Source: Octopus vulgaris (taxonomy: Eukaryota). Taken from it: a stretch of DNA of 64,000 nucleotides. A program made the translations under genes and the position numbers. This document shows, piece after piece, positions 27,626-41,854 of this stretch (position 1 is the stretch's first letter; each line of letters opens with the position of its first letter). Under the pieces are notes generated by a model. It saw only the letters and a list, made by a program, of their open reading frames with translations, had not been told where the DNA came from and did no database searches. The stretch covers positions 132,990,001 through 133,054,000 of the forward strand of contig OX597817.1 of the NCBI GenBank assembly GCA_951406725.2, read 5' to 3'.

Positions 27626-28283
27626 TGTTGTTATTGTTGTATTGTATTGTATTGTTCTTTATCTGTAATGTTTTTTGGGTTATTTTTTTCATGAGTTAGA
27701 GGGTATTGGTATTCTTCACCTTTTTGAGGAAGAAAATTGTTATCCAAGCACCATTCTGTTACGTTGGCTCTTAGTTCAACAAGATACGTGAGCAACTCTG
27801 CCGGAACCTTACGGTCAAACAATACAAAAGACATAATCCCTGAAAGATGGAAGCTCTAAGTACACAGAGAACTAGACTCTGACACAAGCTAGGAATCTAA
27901 CCTCCATAACAAGAAACAGTCTTTGTTCCTGCTCCAAAGAACATTATCAAATTTGTTTCAATTGCACTTGTTATATGATTTTTATACGTCGTATACATAA
28001 ATATTTTTTCTATTTTTTTACTGGAACATACAAGAACAGAACGTTTTTTATGGATAAAAGCTCTCAGTATGTATGGCGCTTTTATTCCATCCGGCAGAAC
28101 AATTTTATTCAGCATACGTGTGGAAGGGCTTTCCATGTAATATATACTTATGTATATATTTCAATGCATACCTATCCATACACATACATACTTACATGCA
28201 TACATACATATATACATACATGTATACACATATATATATATAAATATATAAATATAAAATATAAATGTGTATATATATATATG

Positions 28284-28341
<58 letters not shown>

Positions 28342-28704
28342 CATTCATATATATATATATATATATATATATACTTATACGTATATCTGTAAATATATGT
28401 AGGTATATATGTATATATGCATGTATGTAGGTAAATATAGGTGTATGTGTATATATGCGTGTATACAAATGATTGTCAATTTATCGATAAACCTTTCGCA
28501 CCAATTCTCTCTGTCTATTTTATATCTCTACATATTCATGTATCGATTGATCGATTGGTTAATCTAGTTTCCTCACTGACACACGGTCATTCAACATAAA
28601 AATTCGATTTCTTTGTAAACATTATGTTCACAAAAGGCCCCGTATATATGCATATCAATGTAAGTATGTATATATATGCATATACATATATGCATACAAA
28701 TATA

Positions 28705-28752
<48 letters not shown>

Positions 28753-28759
28753 GTTTATG

Positions 28760-28794
<35 letters not shown>

Positions 28795-28906
28795 TATATA
28801 TGTATATATGTATGTATACCCATGTATTACTCTCATATATCCATATATATATATATATGTGTGTGTGTATATATATAAACAAGTATAAATATATATATAT
28901 ATATAC

Positions 28907-28970
<64 letters not shown>

Positions 28971-29576
28971 ACACACGCATAAGGGTATGTGTGGTTGTGG
29001 TTGTATGTATACATACGCACACACACATTTTTGTAGTGTATTTACTATGTATGAATAGAAAATAGAAGAATGATGAATAGGCGGTTGATGTGCAAGTATG
29101 CAGATCTTAGTGATGGATATATATGTATGTGAATATGCACACATACATAAATACACATATATATATACATATATATATATATACATATATATTTATATAC
29201 ACACATACATACATACATGCACTTATGAGGATGAGATGAACATGTACATAGTTTTATACTACGCATAAAGACGATAAATACACACTCATATGTTTGTGTG
29301 TGTATACCATGCGTGTATATATGCGCGTATATGTGTGTATACATGTGTATAATGTGTGTGTAGACGACATTGCAGTAGAGTACTGAGTAAGCGGGTAAAG
29401 TTTAATTTAAAATTAGATTAAATACCTCGTCGACTTGCTCTCTTGAAAATCGCGATGAATCCCAGTCAAAACTAGATTACGTTTGATTATATTTACTACA
29501 GACATACATCACAAACATCACACAGAGACTTCGGCTTATGCACACAACGTACATATCTGTCTATATGAGTTAAACA

Positions 29577-30005
<429 letters not shown>

Positions 30006-30088
30006 TCTGCTTCTCTCTCTCTCTTTCTCTCTCTCTATATATTTATATGTATACACACACATACACATATATATATATATATAAATAA

Positions 30089-30119
<31 letters not shown>

Positions 30120-30145
30120 CATACATATATATATATATACATGTA

Positions 30146-30251
<106 letters not shown>

Positions 30252-30429
30252 TAGGCAATGAGCGCAAGCGATAACAGGGAGTGGACAAGTTTAATATGTG
30301 CATAGATGTGTATACGCATGTATACAAATGATATTTCTGTGCGGACATATGTAAATATATACTAGTAGGTATATAAGTATGTATGCATATTGAGATATAT
30401 GTCTGTGTGTCAAAACGTATGTTCGCATG

Positions 30430-30470
<41 letters not shown>

Positions 30471-30688
30471 GAAAGCATGTATGTAGTTATGCACATTCGC
30501 AGGTGTACGTTTATAAGTTTGTATAAAGCATAAGAATAGAAGGAAGCGGTGTTGGAGATGTTACAATCCAGTTTCGTCTGAAACTTGTATGTATATATAC
30601 AGAGGTATGTACATGCGTAGCTACATACACATGCACTCTTATATATAGGTATGCATGTATCTATCTATTTATCTATCTATCAATCTAT

Positions 30689-30759
<71 letters not shown>

Positions 30760-30763
<4 letters not shown>

Positions 30764-30835
30764 CCAAACGGAAACAAAAAAACAACAACAATGGAACAAT
30801 TACAGTATTATTATTAATAGGCGCTCAGGAAATGG

Positions 30836-30838
<3 letters not shown>
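30760..30838 (-). mobile_element. Family H4 fragment inside (TA)n
   Basis: aatccaaac...caacaac...agtattatt...cgctcagga matches the reverse complement of 10590-10670. Confidence 0.6.
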
Positions 30839-30886
<48 letters not shown>

Positions 30887-31094
30887 CACATATACATGCA
30901 TGTATATATTTATCTCTCCGATAGTCTACCGATTTATCTATGTACGTATACATATATACATGTGTCTGTGTACACAAACATACAAACATACGTATATATG
31001 TATGTATGTATATATAATAAAATAATATGTAAGACATATGCATATATACATATATATATGTACATACCTACATCTATATGTATATATACATGCA

Positions 31095-31212
31095 TATATG
31101 GGTACAGGACACCAAAAAAACGTTGAACACAACGAGAAACGAAAACATAAAAACAAAAACATAGAAACAGACTTTTTCAAACTATATATATATAGTTTGA
31201 AAAAGTCTGTTT

Positions 31213-31213
<1 letters not shown>
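31095..31213 (-). mobile_element. Family H2 fragment ending in a perfect 50-bp palindrome (31164-31213)
   Basis: gaaacagactttttcaaac-(ta)6-gtttgaaaaagtctgtttc. Confidence 0.75.
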
Positions 31214-31256
<43 letters not shown>

Positions 31257-31285
31257 GCGTACATACACACATATACATATATACA

Positions 31286-31327
<42 letters not shown>

Positions 31328-31384
31328 TATGTGTGTGTGTGTGTGTACATACATCTACATATCTACGTGTGTGTGTGTGTGTGC

Positions 31385-31697
31385 ATAGTGAATGGGTGTT
31401 GCCTAGCGGTTATGGTATTCAACGTCAGTTCGTGTGTTCGATACCCGACGGCGTGGTTGTGTCCTTGAGCAAGACACTTTATTTTTCACGCTGCTCCATA
31501 CCACTCAGTTGGCAAAAACGAGTAGAACCTGTATTTGTAGAACCGAGCTTGTCACACCCTGTGACACACAGAATCTACCCGAGAAGTATGTTAAGGGTGC
31601 GTGTGCCTTCGGGCTTGCTCAGCCAGTTGACCGTTAACTCCACGAGAAGGCTGATCCGTTAAGCGGCGGTCCAACTTGAACTGATAGAGTACCAGTT
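31385..31697 (+). mobile_element. SINE-C, diverged
   Basis: gcctagcggtta...gttcgatacccg...gttgtgtccttgagcaagacacttta...gttaagggt...ggctgatccgtt. Confidence 0.8.
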
Positions 31698-31968
31698 ATA
31701 CACACACACATACACACACACACACACACACGCACACACGCGCACGCACACACACACATATGCATACCCATGCGCACGCACGCACGCACATACACACACG
31801 CGCGCACACACACACACATAGGTCTGGTAGTACAAATAGTTTAATTACACTCAAAACACTAGGATATATGTTTGTTTATTATAATCGGCTGAAATTGCCC
31901 CGAACGCTGAAGGCCTCGTGCATGACTATATATATATACGTATGTATATATGTATGTATTTATGTATG

Positions 31969-32001
<33 letters not shown>

Positions 32002-32050
32002 ATATGCATACATATATGCATACATATATATACTATATATACACATATAC

Positions 32051-32082
<32 letters not shown>

Positions 32083-32171
32083 GTATATATATATGTATAT
32101 ATACGTACATATATATACCATATATACACATATACATACATATACACACACATACATGCATATAAATGTAT

Positions 32172-32235
<64 letters not shown>

Positions 32236-32257
32236 ATATGTATACACATACACATGT

Positions 32258-32430
32258 CTATATGGATACAGGGCGTCACCAACAGTAAAGAACATGAAAT
32301 AAGAAAGCAAATGTGTTCCATACGCAAACAAAGAGAGAAACAAAGAGAAAACAGGAACAGGACAAGTAACACAAAGAACGACCCTTCATCAGTTGTCGGC
32401 TGTCTGTCTACTCCTTATTTCGATCGTCTC
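32258..32430 (-). mobile_element. Family H2 copy
   Basis: atggatacagggcgtca...cccttcatcagttgtc...ctactcc...tttcga. Confidence 0.6.
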
Positions 32431-32497
32431 TCTTTCTTTATATGTGTACGTATGTATATTTCTATATACGCGTGTTTGTTTATTTGTATGCATATTT

Positions 32498-32900
32498 GGA
32501 GTGGCTGTGTGGTAAGTAGCTTGCTAACCAACTACATGGTTCCGGGTTCAGTCCCACTGCGTGGCATCTTGGGCAAGTGTCTTCTGCTATAGCCCAGGGC
32601 CGACCAATGCCTTGTGAGTGGATTTGGTAGAAGGAAACTGAAAGAGGCCTGTCGTATATATGTATATATATGTATATGTATGTGTATGTGTTTGTGTGTC
32701 TGTGTTTGTACCCCTAGCATTGCTTGACAACCGATGCTGATGTGTTTACGTCCCCGTCACATAGCCGTTCGGCAAAAGAGACCGATAGAATAAGTACTGG
32801 GCTTACAAAGAATAAGTCCCGGGTTCGATTTGTTCGACCAATGGCGGTGCTCCAGCATGGCCGCAGTCAAATGACTGAAACATGTAAAAGAGTAAAAGAG
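32498..32900 (+). mobile_element. SINE-A, close to consensus
   Basis: Complete head, accttgggcaag-type CORE-like segment, internal microsatellite, tail ending (gtaaaaga)2. Confidence 0.92.
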
Positions 32901-33503
32901 TATACCATTGAAAGTATGAATGGGTATGTAAATATCTAGCGAGCTACCGATGTATGTATGTATGTATGTATGTATGTATGTATGTATGTATGTATGTATG
33001 TATGTATGTATGTATGTATGTATGTATCTATCTATCTACCTATCTGTCTGTCTGTCTGCGCGTTTGTCTGTCTGTCCGTCTATCACTTCCCTCCTCCTTC
33101 CTTGCTGTCATTATCTATCTCTTACCTCCCTCTCTATATACATACAACAAACACAGGCGTACACGAACAGACACGGAATATCGTACGTATTTACGTATCT
33201 GCGTGAATGCTACCAGCATCATCTATCCTCTTGTTGTTGTTGTTGTTGCTGTTGTACTTGATGTTGTTGTTATTATTATTATCATTATCATCATCGTCGT
33301 CATCATCATCATCATCATTATTATTTTCGTTATTACTGTTATTATCATTATTATTTTTATATTTCTTATAAAGGCACACACGCATACACACTCACACACA
33401 CATATATCCATTCACCAAGAATCAAACTCACACACACACGAGTATATATACATACCCACATATATGCATGTATCTACATGCTACTTTCTCTCTCTCTCTC
33501 TCT

Positions 33504-33549
<46 letters not shown>

Positions 33550-33608
33550 ACATACATACATAGAGCCATCCAACCAAACACATATTCATATAAATGTGTG
33601 TGTGCGCG

Positions 33609-33654
<46 letters not shown>

Positions 33655-34245
33655 AATATATATGTATATATATATATACATACATAATATACGTATATAC
33701 ACACACACACACACGCGCGCACACACACACACAACCATCCGCGAAACAGCTATGTTTATTCGCTCAAATCGCTGCATTTCTCAGCACAAACATGTGTGAC
33801 TATCTATGCATGGGACTTGTGTTAGATTCAGCGAGAGCGAGGCACGTTAAAAACACATACATCATGTCTACTGATCCATACCGTTGATACACTTGGTTGC
33901 ATCCGCGCACAACACATTCCATTTGACTTAGTTACTCCGTTATCAGGGTCAAATCTCGTGAAATCCTTCTCCATACAAGACGTTCGCTGTGATTTCAGGC
34001 AGATTTGCTTACTATTTCTAGCGGTTTTATCAAACGCAACGTCGGCCCCTTCTCGTTCGTTACTTCAGTTTGAGTTGTGGGAGACAAACAAGATTAATGA
34101 GTTTGATTAGGACTACTCAGAGTTTGTTTTTCAAAATAGAGACAGAAGTATAGAATGTGTAGCGGTAGGCTAGGGACCAGTGTGGCCCCGGTGATCCATT
34201 TATCGGGGTAACGCTTTCGGTTCTATTGTAAGGGTCTGTATAGGT

Positions 34246-34438
34246 CAGTAGTTCTTAAATGCGGCTCACAGAGACGCATGCGGCCCTAAAGCATCTTTCA
34301 GGCGGTCCTCGACTGTTTTCCTCCAATAAATATGACAATTTTTTTTCTTTAATTGTGTTTTACATTTTTTGGTGCGTCCTCCGAGCAAAATCCAGGTTTT
34401 GGATCTTTCCAGGATATTAAAAAGGCCGAGAACCACTT
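34246..34438. mobile_element. hAT (Charlie/MER5-like) MITE
   Basis: TIRs cagtagttctta / cgagaaccactt; imperfect 8-bp TSD gtataggt / gtgtaggc. Confidence 0.65.
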
Positions 34439-34679
34439 GTGTAGGCTAGAAAGGGGCGGCAAACAGAAGGGTTTCCCTGAGCAGCACACACGTGAATGTA
34501 GTCATGTATTCCGGCCTTTTACTGTGGGGGTTCCATCGAATTAACCCCTGGGTGTCTCCCTATTCCCATACATGGCAAACCCTCTTGTTTAATGTTTTCA
34601 TTTATCTTTTATCTTTCACTTGTTCCACACATTAAATTGCGATCATGCTGGGGCACTGCATGGAAGAATTTAATACAAT

Positions 34680-35555
34680 TTTTCACAACCTTTTCTCTTC
34701 TATGGACCCCTTTGGTTCCTATTCTACTCGGTCTCTCATAGTAATGGACCCTCATGGACCCTCATAGCTTTTCCATGTTTAAAAGATCCTATTATATTTT
34801 TTATAATTAATTATTATTATTGTATAAAAGATAATTTTTGAAATATTTTGTGTATTGTTAGGTGGTGCAGCTGGTAGAACCGTTAGTACATTGGGCGAAA
34901 TGCTTAGCGGTATTTCATCTGCCGCTACGTTCTGAGTTCAAATTCCGCCGAGGTCGACTTTGCCCTTCATCCTTTTGGGGTCGATAAATTAAGTATCAGG
35001 TGCGTACTGGGGTCGCTATAATCGGTTTAATCCGTTTGTCTATCATTGATTGTCCTCTCCGTGCTTGGCGCCTTGTGAGTAGTAAAGAAATAGGTATTTC
35101 ATCTGTCTTTACGTTCTGAGTTCAAATTCCGCCGAGGTCGACTTTGCCCTTCATCCTTTTGGGGTCGATAAATTAAGTATCAGGTGCGTACTGGGGTCGC
35201 TATAATCGGTTTAATCCGTTTGTCTATCATTGATTGTCCCCTCCGTGCTTGGCGCCTTGTGAGTAGTAAAGAAATAGGTATTTCATCTGTCTTTACGTTC
35301 TGAGTTCAAATTCCGCTGAGGTCGACTTTGCTTTTCATCCTCTCGCGGGGTCAATAAATTAAGTACCAGTTGCGTACTGGGATCGATCTAATCGACAGCC
35401 CCACCCTTCCCAAAAATTTCGGGCCTTGTGCCTAGAATAGAAAAGAAAAGAATATTTTGTGTATTGCAGAAATAAACCCAATAAATTGGCTATAAATTTT
35501 AACAACCGAATCTTATCTGAGCCCTCAACGGTCGTAGGAAGCTCGGTTGAGAACG
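34680..35555. mobile_element. hAT-like MITE interrupted by a SINE-B trimer
   Basis: tttcacaacc...atggacccc... resumes after the 16-bp TSD and ends ggttgagaac at about 35546-35555. Confidence 0.55.
34858..35450 (+). mobile_element. Trimeric SINE-B (dimer with a tandem duplication of about 184 bp)
   Basis: Three Meta-like cores. Units at about 34910-35093 and 35094-35277 are almost identical. TSD aatattttgtgtattg at 34842-34857 and 35451-35466. Confidence 0.92.
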
Positions 35556-35608
35556 ATTTCCCCCGTCGGTGTCTAGCAGTCCACCATCCTGCAGAGCAGA
35601 AAGATATT

Positions 35609-36003
35609 CTTTTCTATTCTAGGCACAAGGCCCGAAATTTTGGGGAAGGGGGCCAGTCGATTAGATCGACTCCAGTACGCAACTTAATTTATCGGCCCCG
35701 AAAGGATGAAAGACAAAGTCGACCTCGGCGGAATTTGAATTCAGAACGTAAAGCCAGACGAAATACCTATTTCTTTACTACCCACAAGGGGCCAAAAACA
35801 GAGAGGACAAACAAGGACAGAAAAACGGATTAAGTTGATTACATCGACCCCAGTGCATAACTGGTACTTAATTTATCGACCCCGAAAGGATGAAAGGCAA
35901 AGTCGACCTCGGCGGAATTTGAACTCAGAACTTAGCGACAGACGAAATACTGCTACGCATTTCTCCGGCGCGCTAACGTTTCTGCCAGTTCGCCGACTTA
36001 GGA
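35609..36003 (-). mobile_element. Dimeric SINE-B
   Basis: Two cores; TSD cagaaagatatt at 35597-35608 and 36004-36015. Confidence 0.92.
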
Positions 36004-36713
36004 CAGAAAGATATTGTGAGAAGTGTCAAGTTCCACAACGTATATAGCGATAGCCGATAGAAGAAAGAAATAAAGGAAGGAAGGAAAGAAAGAAGAAAGA
36101 AAGAAAGAAAGAAAGAAAGAAGGAGAGAAGGAAAGAAGTACGAGAAAGCTGCATTGCTATGACTGGCTTCTTGTCAGCAGGTCTGTGGTGTCTCCCGAGC
36201 CAGATGTTATTAATGGAGTCAAGTGAGCATTTCAAATAGATTGGTGTTACCTGATAGCCGAACCTGCAATTAACTAGAAACACCTCCCAATTGTCATCTT
36301 TTGACTGTCTCCGTGTTCCCACCGTGTTCCCATCGTCACTCAAACAAACACCTGTACACATACACACCTTTGCCGTCGTCGTCACAGAATTATTCTCTTG
36401 TCAACGTATGTCATTGGAACTGTAATGGTTGTTTGCATTGTCTAGCCCCACCTCACCCCATCCCCATCGCCCTACCCTACCCCACCGCTCTTCTGTGTAA
36501 CGTTCTGCCTTGATATACCTGGGTGGCAGACAAAGTATTGTGAAGGGTGTGTGTGTGTGTATGTGTGTGTATATGTATGCGCATACGCACATCTGTTTCT
36601 CTTTATATGTATACGCTCGCATATTAGCGTGTATGCCCTATCACATACACGCGCAGATATAACACACATATATGTATGATGCATGTATATATACATATAA
36701 AAAATATATATAC

Positions 36714-36752
<39 letters not shown>

Positions 36753-36782
36753 ATATTATATATATTTATACCTATATATATG

Positions 36783-36827
<45 letters not shown>

Positions 36828-37019
36828 CTATATATATATATGTGTGCATGTATATATATATATATGTATATATACATGCATATATGAATGTGCCCATGCA
36901 CTGCTACATTCAGGAACACACACACTCATGTACACAACAACCGTATATAAATATTTATAATTGATAGTCCCAACACAAACTTTCAGTATGTTTGACCAAC
37001 CAGTGCAGCGCGTATATGC

Positions 37020-37110
<91 letters not shown>

Positions 37111-37268
37111 TGTGTGTATACGTGTGTGTGTCTGTGTGTGTCTATAAAATAAGATGAGTAAATACAGCTGATATGATTTGTTGAAATTAACAGCCGGTTC
37201 CATCGAATATCGATCTAACATAAAACTGTCTTCGAGGACGACTGAATCTACTATATTATGAAATAGCT

Positions 37269-37311
<43 letters not shown>

Positions 37312-37411
37312 TGTATGTGTGTTTGCGTGTTCGCTTGTGTGTGTGTGTAATTGTATGTGTGTTTGCGTGTTCGCTTGTGTGTGTGTGCACGTGCGTGCGT
37401 ATGTACATATG

Positions 37412-37459
<48 letters not shown>

Positions 37460-37548
37460 TATGCATATGTATATATATTGATATATATATATATAGAAAT
37501 ACTTATATATGTATACATGCTTACCTATACATGTATACATATAGCTAG

Positions 37549-37593
<45 letters not shown>

Positions 37594-37758
37594 TATGTAT
37601 ATACATATATATATATATACATATACATATATATGTATATATATACATATATATATATATACATATATATGTATATGTATAAACACATATGCATATATAT
37701 ATACATATATATGTATATACATATATATATACATATATATGTATGCATATATATATAC

Positions 37759-37801
<43 letters not shown>

Positions 37802-38204
37802 ATGATTGACTGGATTACCGGATGGAGTTATACATCGCTGATTACAATGCTCTTTGCATCGTTTTAGCTTTCGAATGATGCCACCCAAGTGGCATGCTAA
37901 CCAGACCAACACACAGAGACACACATACATACACATCTCCACATATCTATTTCTAAGTGTATTACATGATAAACCGCTGGAATGGAAGCCTTCAGAGTGC
38001 CATTGAAGGACACAAGGCGTAATTCTTCTCATCAGCCGAGTCCTTTTTGTTTCATGAAACTGGAATGACGAAAACTAAATATGGCTTCATTGATGTTCAA
38101 ACGCAAAACGTAAAAGCCCGCAGCCTCTCCGGTTATCTACTGATTATGCAAATAAGCAGCCATTTTGAACTACTTTCACTTCATTATGATAATAATAATA
38201 ATAA

Positions 38205-38350
38205 TGGCTTCAACTTTTGCCTCAAGGTACTTATTTTACCGACCCCGAATGGATGAAAAGTAAAGTCGACCACGGCGGAATTTGAACTCAGAACGGAATG
38301 ACGGACAAAATACCGCTAAGCATTTTATCCGGAGTGCTAACGATTCTACC
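38205..38350 (-). mobile_element. SINE-B with an internal deletion, between (TAA)n tracts
   Basis: ggtacttattttaccgaccccgaatggatgaaa...ggaatttgaactcagaac. An older copy lies at about 38495-38625. Confidence 0.8.
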
Positions 38351-38389
38351 GGATTGTGACCCTAATAATAATAATAATAATAATAATAA

Positions 38390-38458
<69 letters not shown>

Positions 38459-39011
38459 TAGTAGTGGTAGTAGCAGCAGCAGCAGCAGCAGCAGTGGGGA
38501 AGGTGACTAATCTATTACATTGATCCCCCTACTTGAACGGTGGTACCTCATTCTATAGACATCTTATCCCACCGAGGAAGATGAAGAGCGAAGCTGACAT
38601 TGTTAAGGATTCGAAATCAGAAAGTTACCATCTCCACTACGCATGATGTATATTTTCAGCTCTGTTCTCCTTGAAAACATCTTTAAAAAAACGAAAAAAA
38701 CAAGAGAAATCGGTTCCTCACTATCTCTCTCCCCACCCTCGCCTCTCTCCTTTTCTCTCATTCTCTCTCGTACCACTTTCTCACTCTCTCTTTCTCTTTC
38801 TTAATTTGTCTCAACATTTCTTCAACTTCTTTTTCTTCCTTTTCTTCTTCTTCGTCTTTTTCTTCTTTTTTTCTTCTTCTTCTTCTTCTTCTTCTTCTTC
38901 TTCTTCTTCTTCTTCTTCTTCTTCTTCTTCTTCTTCTTCTTCTTCTTCTTCTTCGCTCCTTTATCCTTGAAAACACCTTAAAGAAAAGAAAAGAAGAAAT
39001 CGGTTTCTGAT

Positions 39012-39070
<59 letters not shown>

Positions 39071-39141
39071 TTCTCACCTTGTCTGCATTCCTTCAATTTC
39101 TTTCTCTTCTTATTCTTATTCTTCTTCTTTACCCTCTTCCC

Positions 39142-39172
<31 letters not shown>

Positions 39173-39513
39173 CACCACTACCACCGCCAGTGCTGCTGCT
39201 GATGCTACTACCACTACTACTTTTCTCTCTCTTTCTCTCTCTCTCTCTCAATTTCTCTCTACCGGTTTGTTTCTCCTTTCTTTTCTCCGACTCTTCTTTT
39301 TCCTTCTTCTCTTTCATCTCCTCCACCGCCTTTTGGCTCTCTTCCTCCCCTTATCCTTCCCTCATTCCCCTCCACTTCTTCCTCTTCTTGTTTCATTTTA
39401 TCTCACATTACAAAAGCAATAACAAAATGAGGTAGGAATTCAAGTCGATATGTATTTGTATTAAGAAAAAGATGGCGATTTTATTGCTGTTGTTGTTGTT
39501 GTTGCTGTGGTTG

Positions 39514-39545
<32 letters not shown>

Positions 39546-39824
39546 GGTTTTGGGAGCGTCCCGGATATGGGGTGGTGGGTAGACATGGTGTCTTCCGAAG
39601 TCAGATTAAAACCTGTCCTGATTTGCTCAAACTTTGACCATTGGTCAAACAGATGCTCAACGTTAATATTATTGATTATCCGACTTGACAAACATTGCTA
39701 AAGTGGTTTGAGAGATCTTTCTGGAAATGTACACAAAACACCCGCCTGAAAGTGTGTGTGTGTGTGTGTGTGTATGTTATTGAGTATGTATGTCTGTATA
39801 TACAGACATATATATATATGTATA

Positions 39825-39867
<43 letters not shown>

Positions 39868-40055
39868 TTTTATATTTCGGAATGGTCATATTGCCAGTTT
39901 ATATATATATATATATGTATGTATGTATGTATGTATATACACATATACAGCTATATGTATATATATATATATATATATATACACACGCGCCCATGAGTGT
40001 ATGCGTTATACTTATATATTTGTGTGTGTCTTTGTGCGCGCGCGTGTCTGGAGAG

Positions 40056-40107
<52 letters not shown>

Positions 40108-40559
40108 GTGAAGGATCGTAGCGTTGGAGGGGTTGGGTAGAGAGAGAGAGAGAGGGATTTCGAAATAAGGAACAGTAATCTGGTGCCGTGACTGATGCCG
40201 CTTCGTTACCACTGACCGTTTTTATATCCAAGTTACCAAGTTACCAATTTATTTGGAGAATTTCGCTGATCCGATTGAAGAAAGATGAAGGATTGCAAAG
40301 ACAAGGACCAAATATTAGCTTTGGCTATTTATTAAAATTCCTTGACTATTGACTCTGCAGACATTTAATTCCTGCAGGTTCTTGTAGCCGTTATTGTTCT
40401 TGCTGTTGTGTAGCCCCAGGTCAGTCCTGATCGAGTAGACCTTTGAAGAAACTGAACCGTATTTTAGTCGTGACCACCGCGTTTTTTTTTATTTTTGTTT
40501 TTTTTTTTTTAGATATATTGTATTTCGGATCAAATTCTTTAATAAGTTTATCTTCCATC

Positions 40560-40958
40560 ACTTATTTGTTTCAGTTATTAAACTGCGGCCATACTGGGGC
40601 CCCGTCTTGGAGAACTTTAGTCGAATAAATCGACCACGGTACTTTATTGTAAAGCCTGGTACTAATTCTATTTGTCTTGTTTGCCGAACCGCTATGTTAC
40701 GGAGATGTAAACACACCAACACCAGTTTTCATCCGGGGTTGGTTTCAAACACCGGCACAAAAACACACGCATATAAATAACATATGCATATATATATACA
40801 ACAGGCTTCTTTCAGTTTCCGCCTACCAAATCCACTCACAAGGCTTTGGTCGCCAGAAGCTTTTGTAGAAGACACTTGCTGAAGGTACCATGCTGTGGGA
40901 CTGAACTCGGAACCATGTGGTTGGGAAGCAAGCTTCTTACCATACAGTCACGTTTGCA
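40560..40958 (-). mobile_element. SINE-A
   Basis: Reverse complement of head and tail (cttctttcagtttccg...ggaagcaagcttcttaccatacag). Confidence 0.88.
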
Positions 40959-41806
40959 GCTTATGTGTAATTTTAGGATGATTTGGCTGCCATTTCCAGC
41001 GACCAATCTTGAGACTCCTCAATTTGGTATTACTAGAATTGTTAAATGTAATGGCAGCTGCTTAAGTCTGTTGCTGGTTCTGACACGGAAATAATGTTTA
41101 TGGTGTTTGGTTGTGTCAAAGGTCAATGGTGCCTCCGTTTACTTTAATTGAGCACCTATGTTTAGCAATGAATATTAACAAGGGTGGATGTTTGTGTAGT
41201 TAGTGTGTACTCTATGTGTGTGTGAGTGTGCAAGAGAGAAAGAGAGAGAGAAACAGCGTGTTAATGTGTGTGTGTTTGTGTGTGTGTGTACGTGTGTGTG
41301 TATATGCGAGACAGAGAGAGAGAGAGAGAGAGAGATGAGAAAAATAGTCTGTTAATGTGTGTGTATGTGTGCGCGTGTTTATGTGTGTGCGAGTGTTTTT
41401 GTGTGCATATGTTTGTGTGTGTATGTACTCTGTGTGTGTGTGTGTACTGTATGTGTGTGTGTATTTTGTGCGTGTATGTGTATGTATTTTGTGTGTGTTT
41501 GTGTTTGTGTGTGCATGAGCATTTAGGTCTGAATTTATGTGTGAGTGCATTTCTGAAACAAAAAGTGAGAAATGAGAAAGAGAGAGAGAGAGAGAGAGAG
41601 AGAAAGGGTAGAGCGAGAGAAAGAGAGAGAGAAAAGACAAACTGGACATGATTGCAAACATGTAATACATAAAATGCAAGGAAATACATACATGGTGAAG
41701 CCACAGAACATGTATTTATAGTCTTAGCAGAGAACTTAGTAACTGCGAAAATAAATACAGACTATACATAGGAAAATTATATACACGTGTATGTGTGCGT
41801 GTGCGC

Positions 41807-41854
<48 letters not shown>

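Noticed and set aside
37295-37388. 42-bp tandem duplication inside (TG)n; 22-bp duplication at 52839-52876
   Set aside because: Ordinary slippage products with no further structure.
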